Notes: generated by a model from the letters alone, not told the origin. A DNA stretch of 64,000 nucleotides from Deltaproteobacteria bacterium (GCA_002724675.1 PBPL01000023.1:1570-65569); one strand, 5' to 3'; positions 1-10,673 are shown, numbered from the stretch's first letter. Made by a program: numbers and translations.

Positions 1-1546
1 ACTCGACTACGAGACCGACCCATTTGCTCAGTCCGACATCCACGTTATCTACCTGGAACATGCCAAGGCCGAAGAGTTGTCTCAGACCTTGAACAACCTG
101 GCTCAGCAGAGCAACCAGCGTGCGCAGAAGAAAACGCGGGCGAAGGGCAAGAAGGACAAGAAAGGCGCAAAGGCCAAGGGCGGTGCCCTCAGCGGAAACT
201 TTCAGGGAGAGGTCCGAGTCTCCCACGATGCACCCACCAACGCGCTCGTGGTGACCGCAGCCCGGGAAGACTTTCGCAGGATGCGCAAGGTCATTGACCT
301 CCTCGACATTCCGAGAAAACAGGTCTTCGTCGAGACGGTGATCATGGAGATCTCGGACTCGGTGCGACGGGATGCTGGAGCCTCCTGGCACGGCGGAAAG
401 CCGGGCGAAGGTGAAACGGGCATCAACGTTCTGGGCGCCCGAGGTGCTCAGTCTGTGAACCTCGGGTCAGCGCTGCTGGACGGCTCGCTTCTCGGAGGCT
501 TGGCCCTGGGCGTGTTCGGTCAGGCCATCAACGTGCCGCTGCCGGGCATCGATGGCGGCCTGGAGATCCCGGCCTTTGGGCTCGTGCTCAGAGCGCTTCA
601 GGAGGACAGCTCCACCAATGTCCTGTCATCCCCCAACATCCTGACTCTCGACAACGAAGAGGCCACCATCGAGATTGGTGAAACGGTTCCCTTCCCCACC
701 GGGGGCTCTCTAGGGGCACTCGCTGGTGCCGCTGGTGCCGCCGCTGGCTTTGGCGGCTTCCCATCCATCAGCTTCAGCCGAGAGGACGTCGGGATCATCT
801 TGAGGCTCACTCCTCAGATCAATGAGAGCGACTACGTAACCATGGAGATCTACCAGGAGATCTCCGAGGTGAAGGAGGGCTCCACGAGCGACACGCTGTC
901 CAGTGGCGGCCCCACCACCACAAAACGCTCTGCCGACACACACATCAATGTCCGCTCTAACCAGACCATTGTCATTGGCGGACTGATGCAAGAGGTCGAG
1001 ACGGAGAGCGAGAGCAAGGTGCCCATCCTGGGTGACATCCCGCTGCTGGGTTTCTTCTTCCGCAACAAGGCCAAGACCAAACGTAAGACAAACCTGCTGA
1101 TCTTCCTCACACCCCACGTCATCGATAGCCCCGAAGATCTGCAGGAGGTCTACAGGATCAAGATGCTGCAGCGTCAAGAGTTCATTCGGCGCTTCTATGG
1201 CAAGACCAAAGAGGAGCAATTGGCGGAGCTCAACGAGTTGATCCGCTACTCCATGAACATCCCGGACTCTCCATCGGTATACCGAGACAGAGAGCCCAGG
1301 CAGCGGGAGCACAGCCTCGGCCTCGGCGACCTGGGTGATGGAGCCGAACAAGCGGAGCTCCGGGAGGCTCTGGAGGAACTCGACACCGACCAGGGAGAGG
1401 TCCTTGTGACTCCCGAAGGAGAGGTGTCGCTGGACGATGAGGTCGGTGCAGAGACCGAAGACAAGTCGAACGGGGAGCAGGAGGCTGAGACTGAAAAAGG
1501 CAAGAGCACAGACGAGGGGACCTCTGAAGCCGAGGAGAAGGAGTAG
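1..1546 (+). CDS. gspD: Type II secretion system secretin GspD (5' end outside window)
   Basis: The reading frame is open from base 2 (LDYETDPFAQSDIHVIYLEHAKAEELSQTLNNL, a secretin N-domain-like sequence). The secretin C-domain motif NLLIFLTPHVI is present, followed by a Glu/Asp-rich C-terminal tail. It sits immediately upstream of gspE. Confidence 0.85.
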   Translation, partial: LDYETDPFAQSDIHVIYLEHAKAEELSQTLNNLAQQSNQRAQKKTRAKGKKDKKGAKAKGGALSGNFQGEVRVSHDAPTNALVVTAAREDFRRMRKVIDLLDIPRKQVFVETVIMEISDSVRRDAGASWHGGKPGEGETGINVLGARGAQSVNLGSALLDGSLLGGLALGVFGQAINVPLPGIDGGLEIPAFGLVLRALQEDSSTNVLSSPNILTLDNEEATIEIGETVPFPTGGSLGALAGAAGAAAGFGGFPSISFSREDVGIILRLTPQINESDYVTMEIYQEISEVKEGSTSDTLSSGGPTTTKRSADTHINVRSNQTIVIGGLMQEVETESESKVPILGDIPLLGFFFRNKAKTKRKTNLLIFLTPHVIDSPEDLQEVYRIKMLQRQEFIRRFYGKTKEEQLAELNELIRYSMNIPDSPSVYRDREPRQREHSLGLGDLGDGAEQAELREALEELDTDQGEVLVTPEGEVSLDDEVGAETEDKSNGEQEAETEKGKSTDEGTSEAEEKE

Positions 1547-1552
1547 ATCACC

Positions 1553-3292
1553 ATGGGGATCCAGGCTCAGACACTGGTCGACATCCTCGTGGACTCTGGC
1601 GCGGTCGCGACCGAATCCATCGAGACGGCTTCCGACTACGCCGAGCGTCACGATCTCGATCGGATTGACGAAGCTCTCATCATGCTCGGACTGGTCACAG
1701 AGGCCCAGGTCGTCGAGGCCCTCTGTTCCCAGACGGCTCTCCCCTCGCTCGCGACACTTCCCGTGGACTCCGTCGACCTCGATCTCTACGCAGACCTACC
1801 TATCTCCTTCGCAAAGAGTCATCGGGTCATGCCTCTCTGGGAAGAAGACAGTGGGGCTGTCGCGGTGGCGGTCGCCGACCCCCTCACCACCTCACCCGTG
1901 GACGACCTACGCGTCGTCCTCGACCGCCCCATCTCAGTCTTCATTGCATCGCCATCGCAGATTCTCGATGCCATCAACTCGATCTACGACCGCCTAGCCC
2001 GCAGTGCCGGGCAGGTCATCGAGGAGATGGAGGATGACCGAACCGGTCAATACGCTGCCATCGACGAAATCGAAGACATCGTCGATAGCGATGACGAAGC
2101 GCCAATCATCCGCTTCGTCAACTCACTGCTCACCGAAGCCCTCAAAGAGCGGGTCTCCGACATTCACTTCGAGCCCTTCGAGCGCAACCTCGCGGTCCGG
2201 TTCCGAATTGACGGAATCTTGTACAGCAAGGTCGAGGTACCCAAGAGGCTCCAGGCCGCGATCAGCAGCCGCGTGAAGGTAATGGCACAGCTCGACATCG
2301 CGGAAAAACGCCTCCCTCAGGATGGTCGGATTCGCATCAAGGTCGCGGGACGGGACGTCGACATTCGGGTGTCCACCGTCCCGGTCGCACACGGAGAGCG
2401 TGTCGTGCTTCGGCTCCAGGATCGTTCGGCGGGCCTGCTGAACCTGGATCAGATCGGGATGGGTGGAGCCATTCTCAATGGCTACCGAGGTCTGATCCAC
2501 CAGCCACATGGGATCCTGCTTGTGACCGGCCCTACCGGCTCGGGTAAGACATCCACTCTCTATGCCGGCATCTCTGAGATCAATCGTCCTGACATCAACA
2601 TTCTGACGGTGGAAGATCCCATCGAGTATCAGATCAAGGGCATCGGCCAGATGGCGGTGAACCCCAAGATCAACCTTACCTTTGCCTCAGGCCTTCGAGC
2701 GTATCTGCGACAAGACCCCGACGTGATTCTGGTAGGCGAGATCCGGGATCTCGAGACCGCTGAGATTGCAATCCAGGCATCCCTGACTGGCCACCTCGTC
2801 CTGTCGACCATTCACACCAACGATGCCGCCACAGTGGTGAACCGGCTAGTGGACATGGGGGTCGAGCCCTTCCTAGTAGCCTCATCGCTCATCGGCGTGC
2901 TGGCACAACGACTCGTCCGGCGGCTATGCCCCAGTTGTCGTGAGGCATACACGCCGACCAACGAAGAACTGTTGGAAGTGGCGATCGACCCGGCCACCGT
3001 CTCCAGCACCATCTACCGCCCACGAAACGGTGGCTGTCCCGAGTGTCTGCAGACGGGATACAGGGGGCGAACGGGCATCTTTGAGCTCCTCACCCTCAGT
3101 GATGGCATTCGGCCCCTGATCGTTCAAAACCTGTCGTCGACCGAGATCCGAGATGCCGCCGTCGAGGAGGGCATGACGACCCTCCGCATGAGTGGCGGAC
3201 AGAAAGTCCTCGCTGGACTGACAAGCTTGGAAGAGATCTTCCGAATCACCCAGGACGAAGCGCCCTCTCTCGACGGCGTTTCCGAGGCCTGA
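1553..3292 (+). CDS. gspE: Type II secretion ATPase GspE
   Basis: Walker A GPTGSGKTST, a GspE N-terminal domain, and the tetracysteine motif CPSCREAY...CPEC. An AAGGAG RBS precedes the ATG. Confidence 0.93.
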   Translation: MGIQAQTLVDILVDSGAVATESIETASDYAERHDLDRIDEALIMLGLVTEAQVVEALCSQTALPSLATLPVDSVDLDLYADLPISFAKSHRVMPLWEEDSGAVAVAVADPLTTSPVDDLRVVLDRPISVFIASPSQILDAINSIYDRLARSAGQVIEEMEDDRTGQYAAIDEIEDIVDSDDEAPIIRFVNSLLTEALKERVSDIHFEPFERNLAVRFRIDGILYSKVEVPKRLQAAISSRVKVMAQLDIAEKRLPQDGRIRIKVAGRDVDIRVSTVPVAHGERVVLRLQDRSAGLLNLDQIGMGGAILNGYRGLIHQPHGILLVTGPTGSGKTSTLYAGISEINRPDINILTVEDPIEYQIKGIGQMAVNPKINLTFASGLRAYLRQDPDVILVGEIRDLETAEIAIQASLTGHLVLSTIHTNDAATVVNRLVDMGVEPFLVASSLIGVLAQRLVRRLCPSCREAYTPTNEELLEVAIDPATVSSTIYRPRNGGCPECLQTGYRGRTGIFELLTLSDGIRPLIVQNLSSTEIRDAAVEEGMTTLRMSGGQKVLAGLTSLEEIFRITQDEAPSLDGVSEA

Positions 3293-3309
3293 GCTGAGGG
3301 GCAGATCCG

Positions 3310-4578
3310 TTGCCTGTCTACGAGTACAAAGGGCTAGACGATGCGGGCAAGGCCGCTTCGGGGATGGTCGATGCCGACACGGCTAGAGCAGCTCGGGTCA
3401 AGCTACGCAAGCAGGGCGTCTTTACGACCTCGATCATCGAGGGCAAGGGCGGGGCCATCGAAGGGTCGCCAGCGCGCAACGGAGACCGCCCCAAGGGACA
3501 AGGGCTGTCCGTCGAGGTGGACCTCTCCAAGTATCTCAACCCCATCGGAATCACCGATGTCGCCATCGCTACCCGCCAGTTATCGGCACTGTTGGGAGCA
3601 GGCATTCCCATCGTCGAGTCCATGGAGGCGCTGTCGGAGCAGGTCGAGAAGGAACAGTTCCGGCTGATCCTGCGCGAAATTCGTCAGAAGGTGAACGAGG
3701 GAACGGCCCTCGCCGACGCGCTCGAGGACTACCCCAAGGTCTTCTCGACCCTCTACGTCAACATGGTCCGAGCTGGAGAGCGGGCTGGCGCGCTGGAACA
3801 CGTCCTGGAACGTCTAGCAGATTACACGGAGGGATCCGTAGAGCTGCGAGGCAAGGTGGCTTCCGCCCTCACCTATCCGGCCATCATGCTGCTCGTGGCC
3901 CTTGGCGTCATCGGCTTCATGATGGCCTATGTCGTCCCCAAGATCACAAAGCTCTTCCAGGACATGGGAGCCGATCTTCCCCTGATCACCAAGCTGGTAA
4001 TCGCCGCATCGGACATTCTCCAGAACTACTGGTGGCTCCTTGCCGTACTGACCGTCGGAGGCGCCATCGGGCTGCGCTACTGGTACGGCACGGAGGCAGG
4101 ACGTCAGAAGGCCGATGATCTGATCTTGAGGATCCCCAGCCTCGGGCGCATGTTCTTGATGGTCTCTGTGGCTCGCTTCGCTAGCACGCTCTCGACCCTC
4201 ATGATGTCGGGAGTCCCCTTGCTGACTGCCATGGGCATTGTTCGCAATGTGGTCACCAACGTAGTGCTTCAAGACATCATCGCCACAGCACAGGAGGCTG
4301 TGCGCGAAGGTCAGCCCATGAACCGACCACTGCGGAAGTCGGGACGCTTCCCACCCATGGTCGTTCACATGATCTCGGTAGGCGAGAAGACAGGCGAGCT
4401 GTCTCCCATGCTCAATCGGGTGGCCACTACCTACGAGGCCCAGGTGAACCGTCGACTGGCAACCCTCACCGCCCTCCTCGAACCTTTGATGATCCTCGTC
4501 ATGGGCGGAATCGTGTTCGTCATCGCGCTCGCGGTCCTGCTCCCCATGCTTCAAATGAACACCCTCGCAGGTGGCTGA
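3310..4578 (+). CDS. gspF: Type II secretion inner-membrane platform protein GspF (TTG start)
   Basis: The N-terminus MPVYEYKGLDDAGKAASGMVDADTARAARVKLRKQGV is GspF/PilC-like, followed by polytopic TM segments. A TTG start is needed to include the conserved N-terminus. Confidence 0.88.
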   Translation: MPVYEYKGLDDAGKAASGMVDADTARAARVKLRKQGVFTTSIIEGKGGAIEGSPARNGDRPKGQGLSVEVDLSKYLNPIGITDVAIATRQLSALLGAGIPIVESMEALSEQVEKEQFRLILREIRQKVNEGTALADALEDYPKVFSTLYVNMVRAGERAGALEHVLERLADYTEGSVELRGKVASALTYPAIMLLVALGVIGFMMAYVVPKITKLFQDMGADLPLITKLVIAASDILQNYWWLLAVLTVGGAIGLRYWYGTEAGRQKADDLILRIPSLGRMFLMVSVARFASTLSTLMMSGVPLLTAMGIVRNVVTNVVLQDIIATAQEAVREGQPMNRPLRKSGRFPPMVVHMISVGEKTGELSPMLNRVATTYEAQVNRRLATLTALLEPLMILVMGGIVFVIALAVLLPMLQMNTLAGG

Positions 4579-4598
4579 AACCCCAAGGAGACCATGCC

Positions 4599-5078
4599 AT
4601 GCGATTCCAGTTGAACTCCCTCCAAAGCACGCTCCGTCGACGACGGCGGGGAAACCTCTATCAGCGGGGCATGACCCTCATCGAGATCATGGTGGTGCTC
4701 ACCCTGCTGGGATTGATGATGACGGTCCTGGCCGTCAACTTCTTCGGCATGGCTGAAGAGCAAAAGGTCAAGATTACGGTGACCCAGATGAAGACGATCC
4801 AGGGAAGGCTGGACGCTTACAAACAGGAATACGGCAGCTATCCCTCGGCATCCTTGGGCCTCAACGCACTGGTCAGTCCACCGCCAAAGAAAAACGGACG
4901 GACTCCTGGCGCCTTCCTGGACGACGCCAACCTGCTGACTGATCCCTGGGGTAACCCACTCGAGTACAGCACTCCCGGACCGGACGGGAAGCCCTACAAG
5001 ATCATCAGCAGGGGTGCTGACGGGGCATCGGGAGGCGAAGGCCCAGATCAGGACATCAACAACTGGCAGGGCATGTAG
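4599..5078 (+). CDS. gspG: Major pseudopilin GspG
   Basis: Prepilin cleavage/methylation motif QRG|MTLIEIMVVLTLLGL after an unusually long basic leader. AAGGAG RBS upstream. Confidence 0.85.
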   Translation: MRFQLNSLQSTLRRRRRGNLYQRGMTLIEIMVVLTLLGLMMTVLAVNFFGMAEEQKVKITVTQMKTIQGRLDAYKQEYGSYPSASLGLNALVSPPPKKNGRTPGAFLDDANLLTDPWGNPLEYSTPGPDGKPYKIISRGADGASGGEGPDQDINNWQGM

Positions 5079-5110
5079 GGAACGCACAGAAAGACAGCCA
5101 AAGACCCATC

Positions 5111-5989
5111 ATGAAGCACCGCACCCAACCCACACGAGCACTCCGATTCGCTCGACATCAGCAGGGGCTGACGTTGATCGAAATCGTGGTTGTTCTGACT
5201 CTGGTCGGTGCGCTCATGCTGGCCGCGGTACCGTCACTCCGAGCAGTCTTCGAGGTCGACCTCCGAACGGCCAGCCGAGAGTTGGCCGCGACACTCCGCT
5301 ACGTCTACGAGGAGGCTGCCGTCCAGAATGTGTCCATGCGGGTGGCCTATGACCTAGACCATCGCAGCTGGTGGGTCGAAGGTGCTGATTCGGATGTCCG
5401 GATCTTCGCCAACCGCGACGAAAAGGAGGCCTTCCTGGAGTTTCAAGAACAGAAGGCGCTGTCCGATGCCCAGCTCAAAGAGCAAATGGACAACAGACGC
5501 TCTGCTCAACCCACGCTTCAGGATCTGACCTCTTCTCTCTTGGGCGACGACGCCGACCCATCCGCACTGAGTGGAATCATGGGGGGCCTCATGGGCGGGG
5601 GCAACATCTTCGGGGGAGGTGCTGCTGGACGCTACGAGGTCAATCAATTCAGCCCCATGAACGACAGCCGGGGAATGTTCCGCAAGCGAGAGTTGCCGAG
5701 CGGCACGCGGTTCTTTGGCGTGTGGACCCCAGAGGCAGAGGACGTGGTTCGGCCCATGGATGAGTTCGAGGTCGAAGCCATGCTTCGAGAGGAGCCCGAA
5801 GACCAGAAGTGGCGAATGGCCTACACCCACATTTTCCCGGGCGGATACATGGAGGACACCGTGGTCTACCTGAGCGACGACGAAGGCCAGTCCATCACAT
5901 CCCTGGTGGTGGACCCGCTGATTGGGCGTGTTCGTGTGGTCCGTGATGAAGCTGACGTGCCCGATCTCAGGGCGAGAGAGCGCGACTAG
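5111..5989 (+). CDS. gspH: Minor pseudopilin (GspH-like)
   Basis: Prepilin-type N-terminus QGLTLIEIVVVLTLVG. Position in the operon matches gspH. Confidence 0.6.
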   Translation: MKHRTQPTRALRFARHQQGLTLIEIVVVLTLVGALMLAAVPSLRAVFEVDLRTASRELAATLRYVYEEAAVQNVSMRVAYDLDHRSWWVEGADSDVRIFANRDEKEAFLEFQEQKALSDAQLKEQMDNRRSAQPTLQDLTSSLLGDDADPSALSGIMGGLMGGGNIFGGGAAGRYEVNQFSPMNDSRGMFRKRELPSGTRFFGVWTPEAEDVVRPMDEFEVEAMLREEPEDQKWRMAYTHIFPGGYMEDTVVYLSDDEGQSITSLVVDPLIGRVRVVRDEADVPDLRARERD

Positions 5990-5994
5990 GCCCC

Positions 5995-6639
5995 ATGCTC
6001 CAGCGCATACCCACCCGTGGCTTCACCCTGCTGGAGTGTCTAATGGCACTGGGGCTGGTCTCGACGTCTCTCGTCATTCTGACGGAGGCCCAGAGCTGGG
6101 CAGTCCGTGCTCAGGAGCGCTCAACCCAAATCACCACGGCCACGATGCTCGCAGACACCGTCATGAAGCTGGCCATGATGCGCATGCTGGAGGATGGCTT
6201 CGGCGAACTAGAGGTCCGCGAGCGAGGCGACTTCCGCGACCAACGCTACGGCGAGTCGTTCGAGGACTTTCGGTGGGAGTGGGAAGCCGAGAAGGTCCAG
6301 GTGAGGCTCCCCGACATGAACCAGGTCATGGGCCTCATGGGAGAGGGGGCCAGCGCGCTGGGTGATGCAGCAGGTGTAGACACCGGCGGTGCGGCGCCAG
6401 CCAACGAGCTTGCCGCCCTGGACAGCCTGGGGCTCGACATGTCCATGTTCAGCGACATGCTGGGCAACTACCTCCGAGAAATACGCGTCCGTGTCTGCTA
6501 CCCGGACGGCAAGAATCAGGACGGCATCGATGTCGAAGACTGTGTGGAGTTAACCAGTCACCTGGTCAACCCCACTGGCCGGGTCATGAGCGAAGAGGAG
6601 CAGCTCCTCCTCGAAGCACAGGAAGATGCGCAGGAATGA
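5995..6639 (+). CDS. gspI: Minor pseudopilin (GspI-like)
   Basis: N-terminus RGFTLLECLMALGLVSTSL (prepilin motif). Operon order. Confidence 0.6.
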   Translation: MLQRIPTRGFTLLECLMALGLVSTSLVILTEAQSWAVRAQERSTQITTATMLADTVMKLAMMRMLEDGFGELEVRERGDFRDQRYGESFEDFRWEWEAEKVQVRLPDMNQVMGLMGEGASALGDAAGVDTGGAAPANELAALDSLGLDMSMFSDMLGNYLREIRVRVCYPDGKNQDGIDVEDCVELTSHLVNPTGRVMSEEEQLLLEAQEDAQE

Positions 6640-7301
6640 CCCGGCACTCAAGACACAGCATGGGGAATAGCCACCGTGGCCAGTGGGGCATGAGTCTCAT
6701 GGAGCTCACCATCAGCATTGGCTTACTCGCCGTGATCACCGTGACGGGGTTCACAGTGATCCAGGGAGCGACACGCATCAGCGAAGAAGCTACCGCTCGG
6801 GCCGAGCTCAACAAGATGGGGCGCAACGCTATGGCCCTCATCATCAAGGAAATCAACAACGCCTTTATTTCCCAGAATCAGACCGAGCACTTCAAGACCG
6901 TATTCAAGGGCACCGACCGTGATCCGGTGGATGAGCTCTACTTCGTCTCGCGCTCTCACGAGAAGAGGTACGCCAATCGAAAAGAGTCGGACTATGCGGA
7001 GGTGGGCTACTACTCGGAAGCCGACTGGACCGGGGGCAACTTCCGCACTCTGGTACATCGAGAGGCGCGGATCGTAGATGACGATCCAGAGAATGGGGGG
7101 GTCATTCACGCTCTATGTCACAACGTCCGCGAGTTCAATGTCCGCTACCGCCGAGATCGCAAAGCCGACTGGATCGATGAGTGGGACTCCGAGTCGTCGG
7201 AACAGAGCAATAAGACCCCCAAAGTGATCGAGATCCGTCTCGAACTCGAAGACGATCAGGGCCGCACCGCATCCTTCTTCAACCTGACAGGAACCCACTA
7301 G
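6636..7301 (+). CDS. gspJ: Minor pseudopilin (GspJ-like)
   Basis: N-terminus WGMSLMELTISIGLLAVITV. ATGA overlap with gspI. Confidence 0.6.
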   Translation: MTRHSRHSMGNSHRGQWGMSLMELTISIGLLAVITVTGFTVIQGATRISEEATARAELNKMGRNAMALIIKEINNAFISQNQTEHFKTVFKGTDRDPVDELYFVSRSHEKRYANRKESDYAEVGYYSEADWTGGNFRTLVHREARIVDDDPENGGVIHALCHNVREFNVRYRRDRKADWIDEWDSESSEQSNKTPKVIEIRLELEDDQGRTASFFNLTGTH

Positions 7302-7305
7302 AGTC

Positions 7306-8583
7306 ATGGGTCCCCACCGGTCACGAGCACGCTTACGAGCGTCTTGGTCTAGGCCCCAGCGGGGCATGGCCCTGCTGATGGGCCTGATCATGGTGGTTCT
7401 AATCTCGGCCTTTGTGACCGACTTCAACTACAGCTCGCGCGTCGGAATCATCACCAGCACCCACTACCGGGACGAGGTAAAGGCCACGCGCCTGGCCCAG
7501 TCCGGGGTTCGCATCTACGGCATGCTGCTGGTGCTAGGCCGCCAGGTGAGCAAGGCGCCCATGGTCAGCGGCATGTTGAGCTCCCTGGGACTCAACATCG
7601 ACGGCGCTTCCATGGTGTGTAAGAGCATCCCCTTCCTCGACACAGCCATGCTCCGCTACCTGACGTCCATCGGCAACGGAATGATGAGTGAGCAAGAAGA
7701 GGATGGGCTGCTCAACTTGATGGGGCTACCCGGCGGCGGGGAAGCGAAAGAGGGAGCCGTTCCTGTACGAGGCTCAACCGATAAGAACGGGGACCGAGAC
7801 CGTCCCACCGTTCGAAGGAGCCTTCTGGACTTTGAGGGCGACTTCAAAGTGGAGTGCTCCGACGAAACCAGTCGCATCGACCTCAATGGCTTCGCCAGTG
7901 CAGCTTGGGCCGGCTTGACCCTCCAGCAACACCCCACGGCGCTCATGCTCTACGGCCAGATGGCAGGAGAAGAGTTCGATCCTCTGTTCGAAGAGCGACT
8001 CAAGATGGACCGCTGGGAGTTGATCGGAAACATCCGCGACTGGATTGATGTCGACTCGCAACGAGGGGGGCTCTGGGGGGGCGATGAGGACGCACTCTAC
8101 GACGACTACATCCCCAGATATCGCAGCAAGAACAGCCGCCTAGACACGCTTGCAGAGGTGCGACTGGTTCACGGCGTCACCGACGAAGTCTGGGCACTCT
8201 TCTCCCCAGCCTGGTCCATCCACACCAAGAACTTCAGGGTCAACGTCAACACCGCTAGTCCGCAGATGATCCAGGCCATTCTACGTGGCTTCACGGATCC
8301 ACTCATCGTGACAGACCAGCTGCTCGCAGAGAAGATTCCCGAGTTGATGATCGAGCGTATCTTCTTGCCCTACACCAAGGCCAACGACTTCCTGGCCCGA
8401 GCCAAGAGTAAGGGCATTGTCTTCAACCAGAACGAGTCACGAATCAAGCCCCTGCTCACCACAGACAGCCGAGTGTTCCGCCTCACGTCCACCGGCTACG
8501 TCAACGAGTCCACCCGCAGGATCGAAATGATCATGCGGGTCAGCAGTGGACACTATCGAGGCCTGTCGTGGAGGAATGAATAG
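7306..8583 (+). CDS. gspK: Minor pseudopilin GspK
   Basis: N-terminus QRGMALLMGLIMVVLISAFV (a GspK-type prepilin lacking Glu+5). The ~400 aa size is typical. Confidence 0.7.
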   Translation: MGPHRSRARLRASWSRPQRGMALLMGLIMVVLISAFVTDFNYSSRVGIITSTHYRDEVKATRLAQSGVRIYGMLLVLGRQVSKAPMVSGMLSSLGLNIDGASMVCKSIPFLDTAMLRYLTSIGNGMMSEQEEDGLLNLMGLPGGGEAKEGAVPVRGSTDKNGDRDRPTVRRSLLDFEGDFKVECSDETSRIDLNGFASAAWAGLTLQQHPTALMLYGQMAGEEFDPLFEERLKMDRWELIGNIRDWIDVDSQRGGLWGGDEDALYDDYIPRYRSKNSRLDTLAEVRLVHGVTDEVWALFSPAWSIHTKNFRVNVNTASPQMIQAILRGFTDPLIVTDQLLAEKIPELMIERIFLPYTKANDFLARAKSKGIVFNQNESRIKPLLTTDSRVFRLTSTGYVNESTRRIEMIMRVSSGHYRGLSWRNE

Positions 8584-10098
8584 ATGCCCAGTTATGTCAT
8601 TGGATTGGATCTCAGCGACACAGCCGTTCGCGCAACTTTGCTCAAAGGATCACTCCGGGGCTACGAAATCGTGGACTTCCTGAGCCTCGAGCCCGAGAGA
8701 GACGAAGACACAGGCCAGGCCACCATCACAACGGTTAGTGCGGCCGCTCGCAAAGTACTGGACACCATCGACCGGCCCCAGGCCACCATCGTCACCTCTG
8801 TGTCAGCAGTATCGGTGTCGAGCTGGGTCGTGGACATGCCCTTTTCGGATCCCAAGCGAATCGAACAAACCATTCGCTTCGAGATAGAGAACTACGTGCC
8901 CTGGGATCTGGAGGAAGTGGCACTGGACTATCGAATCGCCAGTACCTCCGAACAAGGAGCTCGGGTGTTGACTGCGATGGTGCCCTGGGAGCGTCTTGAG
9001 CAGCTTGTGGACGCGCTACACGCTGTGGAGATCGATCCTCGGCACATCGTGGTCGATGCTGAGGCTCTAGCGCGCCTGGCGCCGCCATCGGATCAAGCTG
9101 TGGCCCTCTTAGACGTCGACGCGCAGCGCACGCTGGTCTGTGTCACCCAAGGCGGTGAGTGCCAGTGGTTCCGAGCCGTTCACCGCGCGTTGAGCCCACT
9201 CCCTGAGCAACGTCCAGGGCTGCTCGAAGAGACGACTGCCGAGGTCGATCCCTCTGTCGTGTCCTGGATCACGGACATTCGCGCGAGCCTACTGGCCGCT
9301 CAGCGGGGCGGCTGCCCGACGATTGAAAAGGTCTTGATTACGGGAAGTCGCGCCCGCCAACCCGGGCTCTCCCAGGCACTCGCAGAAGACCTCGGTGTCG
9401 AGACGCACCACCTGGTTCTTCCGGCAAGCCCCATCAATCCAGAGAGCGCCCCGCACCCCGAACCAGGGCACGCCGTCTGTTACGCACTCGCCCTACGAGG
9501 CTTTGGGCGCAAAGGAGGGCAAGAACTTGAGCTTCGCCAGGGGGAGTTCGCCTACAAAGCGGACAGTCGACTGTACGGACGGCTCACCATCGCAGGCATT
9601 GCGGCAGCAATCCTCATCGCTCTGACAGGTGTGGGGCTTCACCTGCAAGAGGTCCACAGCCTGCGTACCGAAATTGCCAGCGTGAAGACTCAACTCATCG
9701 ACACGGTGCAGCAGGCCTTTCCCCAGGTCCCCGCGTCGGTACTCGTTAGTCCCGAGTCCGCCATCGCGGTCATGAATGAGCAGGTCAATGAAGTGCAAAA
9801 GCGCATCGATCACCTGGAGGGACCAGCCATAACCCCTCTGGTAGCACTCAAAGAGCTGTCTAACGTCGTCCCCAAAGATGTACTGATCGACGTCGATGAG
9901 TATCTCGTAAACGGCGAGATGATCCGGATTCGCGGCACCACCGACTCCTTTGGAAGCGTCGACTCCATCGAGGCGGCTATTGCGGCGCACGTCCACTTCA
10001 AGGGCGCACAGAAGAGCGATGTGAACAAGGCTCGCGATGGCAAGATGCGCTTCGTCGTGACTATTCCACGCAATGGCGAGGAAGGAGAAGAAGGATGA
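8584..10098 (+). CDS. gspL: GspL-like assembly protein (cytoplasmic actin-like domain, single TM, periplasmic domain)
   Basis: N-terminus VIGLDLSDTAVRATLL is PilM/GspL-like. Single TM segment LTIAGIAAAILIALTGVGL. Start codon is adjacent to the gspK stop (TAGATG). Confidence 0.6.
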   Translation: MPSYVIGLDLSDTAVRATLLKGSLRGYEIVDFLSLEPERDEDTGQATITTVSAAARKVLDTIDRPQATIVTSVSAVSVSSWVVDMPFSDPKRIEQTIRFEIENYVPWDLEEVALDYRIASTSEQGARVLTAMVPWERLEQLVDALHAVEIDPRHIVVDAEALARLAPPSDQAVALLDVDAQRTLVCVTQGGECQWFRAVHRALSPLPEQRPGLLEETTAEVDPSVVSWITDIRASLLAAQRGGCPTIEKVLITGSRARQPGLSQALAEDLGVETHHLVLPASPINPESAPHPEPGHAVCYALALRGFGRKGGQELELRQGEFAYKADSRLYGRLTIAGIAAAILIALTGVGLHLQEVHSLRTEIASVKTQLIDTVQQAFPQVPASVLVSPESAIAVMNEQVNEVQKRIDHLEGPAITPLVALKELSNVVPKDVLIDVDEYLVNGEMIRIRGTTDSFGSVDSIEAAIAAHVHFKGAQKSDVNKARDGKMRFVVTIPRNGEEGEEG

Positions 10099-10673
10099 GT
10101 CTGCAAGACAGCATCGATACCCTCTCCGACAAGATCCGAACCACCTGGACGGCCATCACACCGAGAGAACGTGCGTCTCTGGCCATCATGATCGTGGCTA
10201 TCTTGGCCGTCATCGGCTACTTCGCCGTGGAGGCCATGAACAAGAACGAGACCCAGGTGAAGCGAAACCTGGCCTCTACCGAGCAGGCCCACGAAAGTGT
10301 CGAGAAGCTGATGCAGCAATACCGGGTGCTGGCAGCATCTGCCGAAGCGCTCGATACCAGCCTCGAAGCGGGCCGTGACTTCACCCCGCTCACTTGGCTT
10401 GAATCCGTCGGGAATGAGATGGGCATCTCGGGCAACATCCGGTCGATGACAGAGCGCAGCGTCGAGGAGACGGACTACTACCGAGCCCAAACCATCGACA
10501 TCGTTGTCGACGACATCAACCTACGACAGGCCGTCGACTTCCTATATCGACTCCAATCCACAGCGCAGGTCATCCGAATGAACGAGGTCAGAGTGAAGAC
10601 AGATCGCAAGAACCGCGAACTTCTTGACCTGCGCATGGAGCTGGGTGTGCTGAGACCACTGGGGGGCTCATGA
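10095..10673 (+). CDS. gspM: GspM-like bitopic protein
   Basis: Single N-terminal TM (LAIMIVAILAVIGYFAV). The ~190 aa size is typical. ATGA overlap with gspL. Confidence 0.55.
   Translation: MSLQDSIDTLSDKIRTTWTAITPRERASLAIMIVAILAVIGYFAVEAMNKNETQVKRNLASTEQAHESVEKLMQQYRVLAASAEALDTSLEAGRDFTPLTWLESVGNEMGISGNIRSMTERSVEETDYYRAQTIDIVVDDINLRQAVDFLYRLQSTAQVIRMNEVRVKTDRKNRELLDLRMELGVLRPLGGS

Noticed and set aside
710-1651. 313-aa minus-strand ORF antisense to gspD
   Set aside because: It overlaps the clearly conserved secretin coding frame and has no recognisable features.
3814-4554. 246-aa His/Asp-rich minus-strand ORF
   Set aside because: Antisense to gspF, so a GC-driven open frame.
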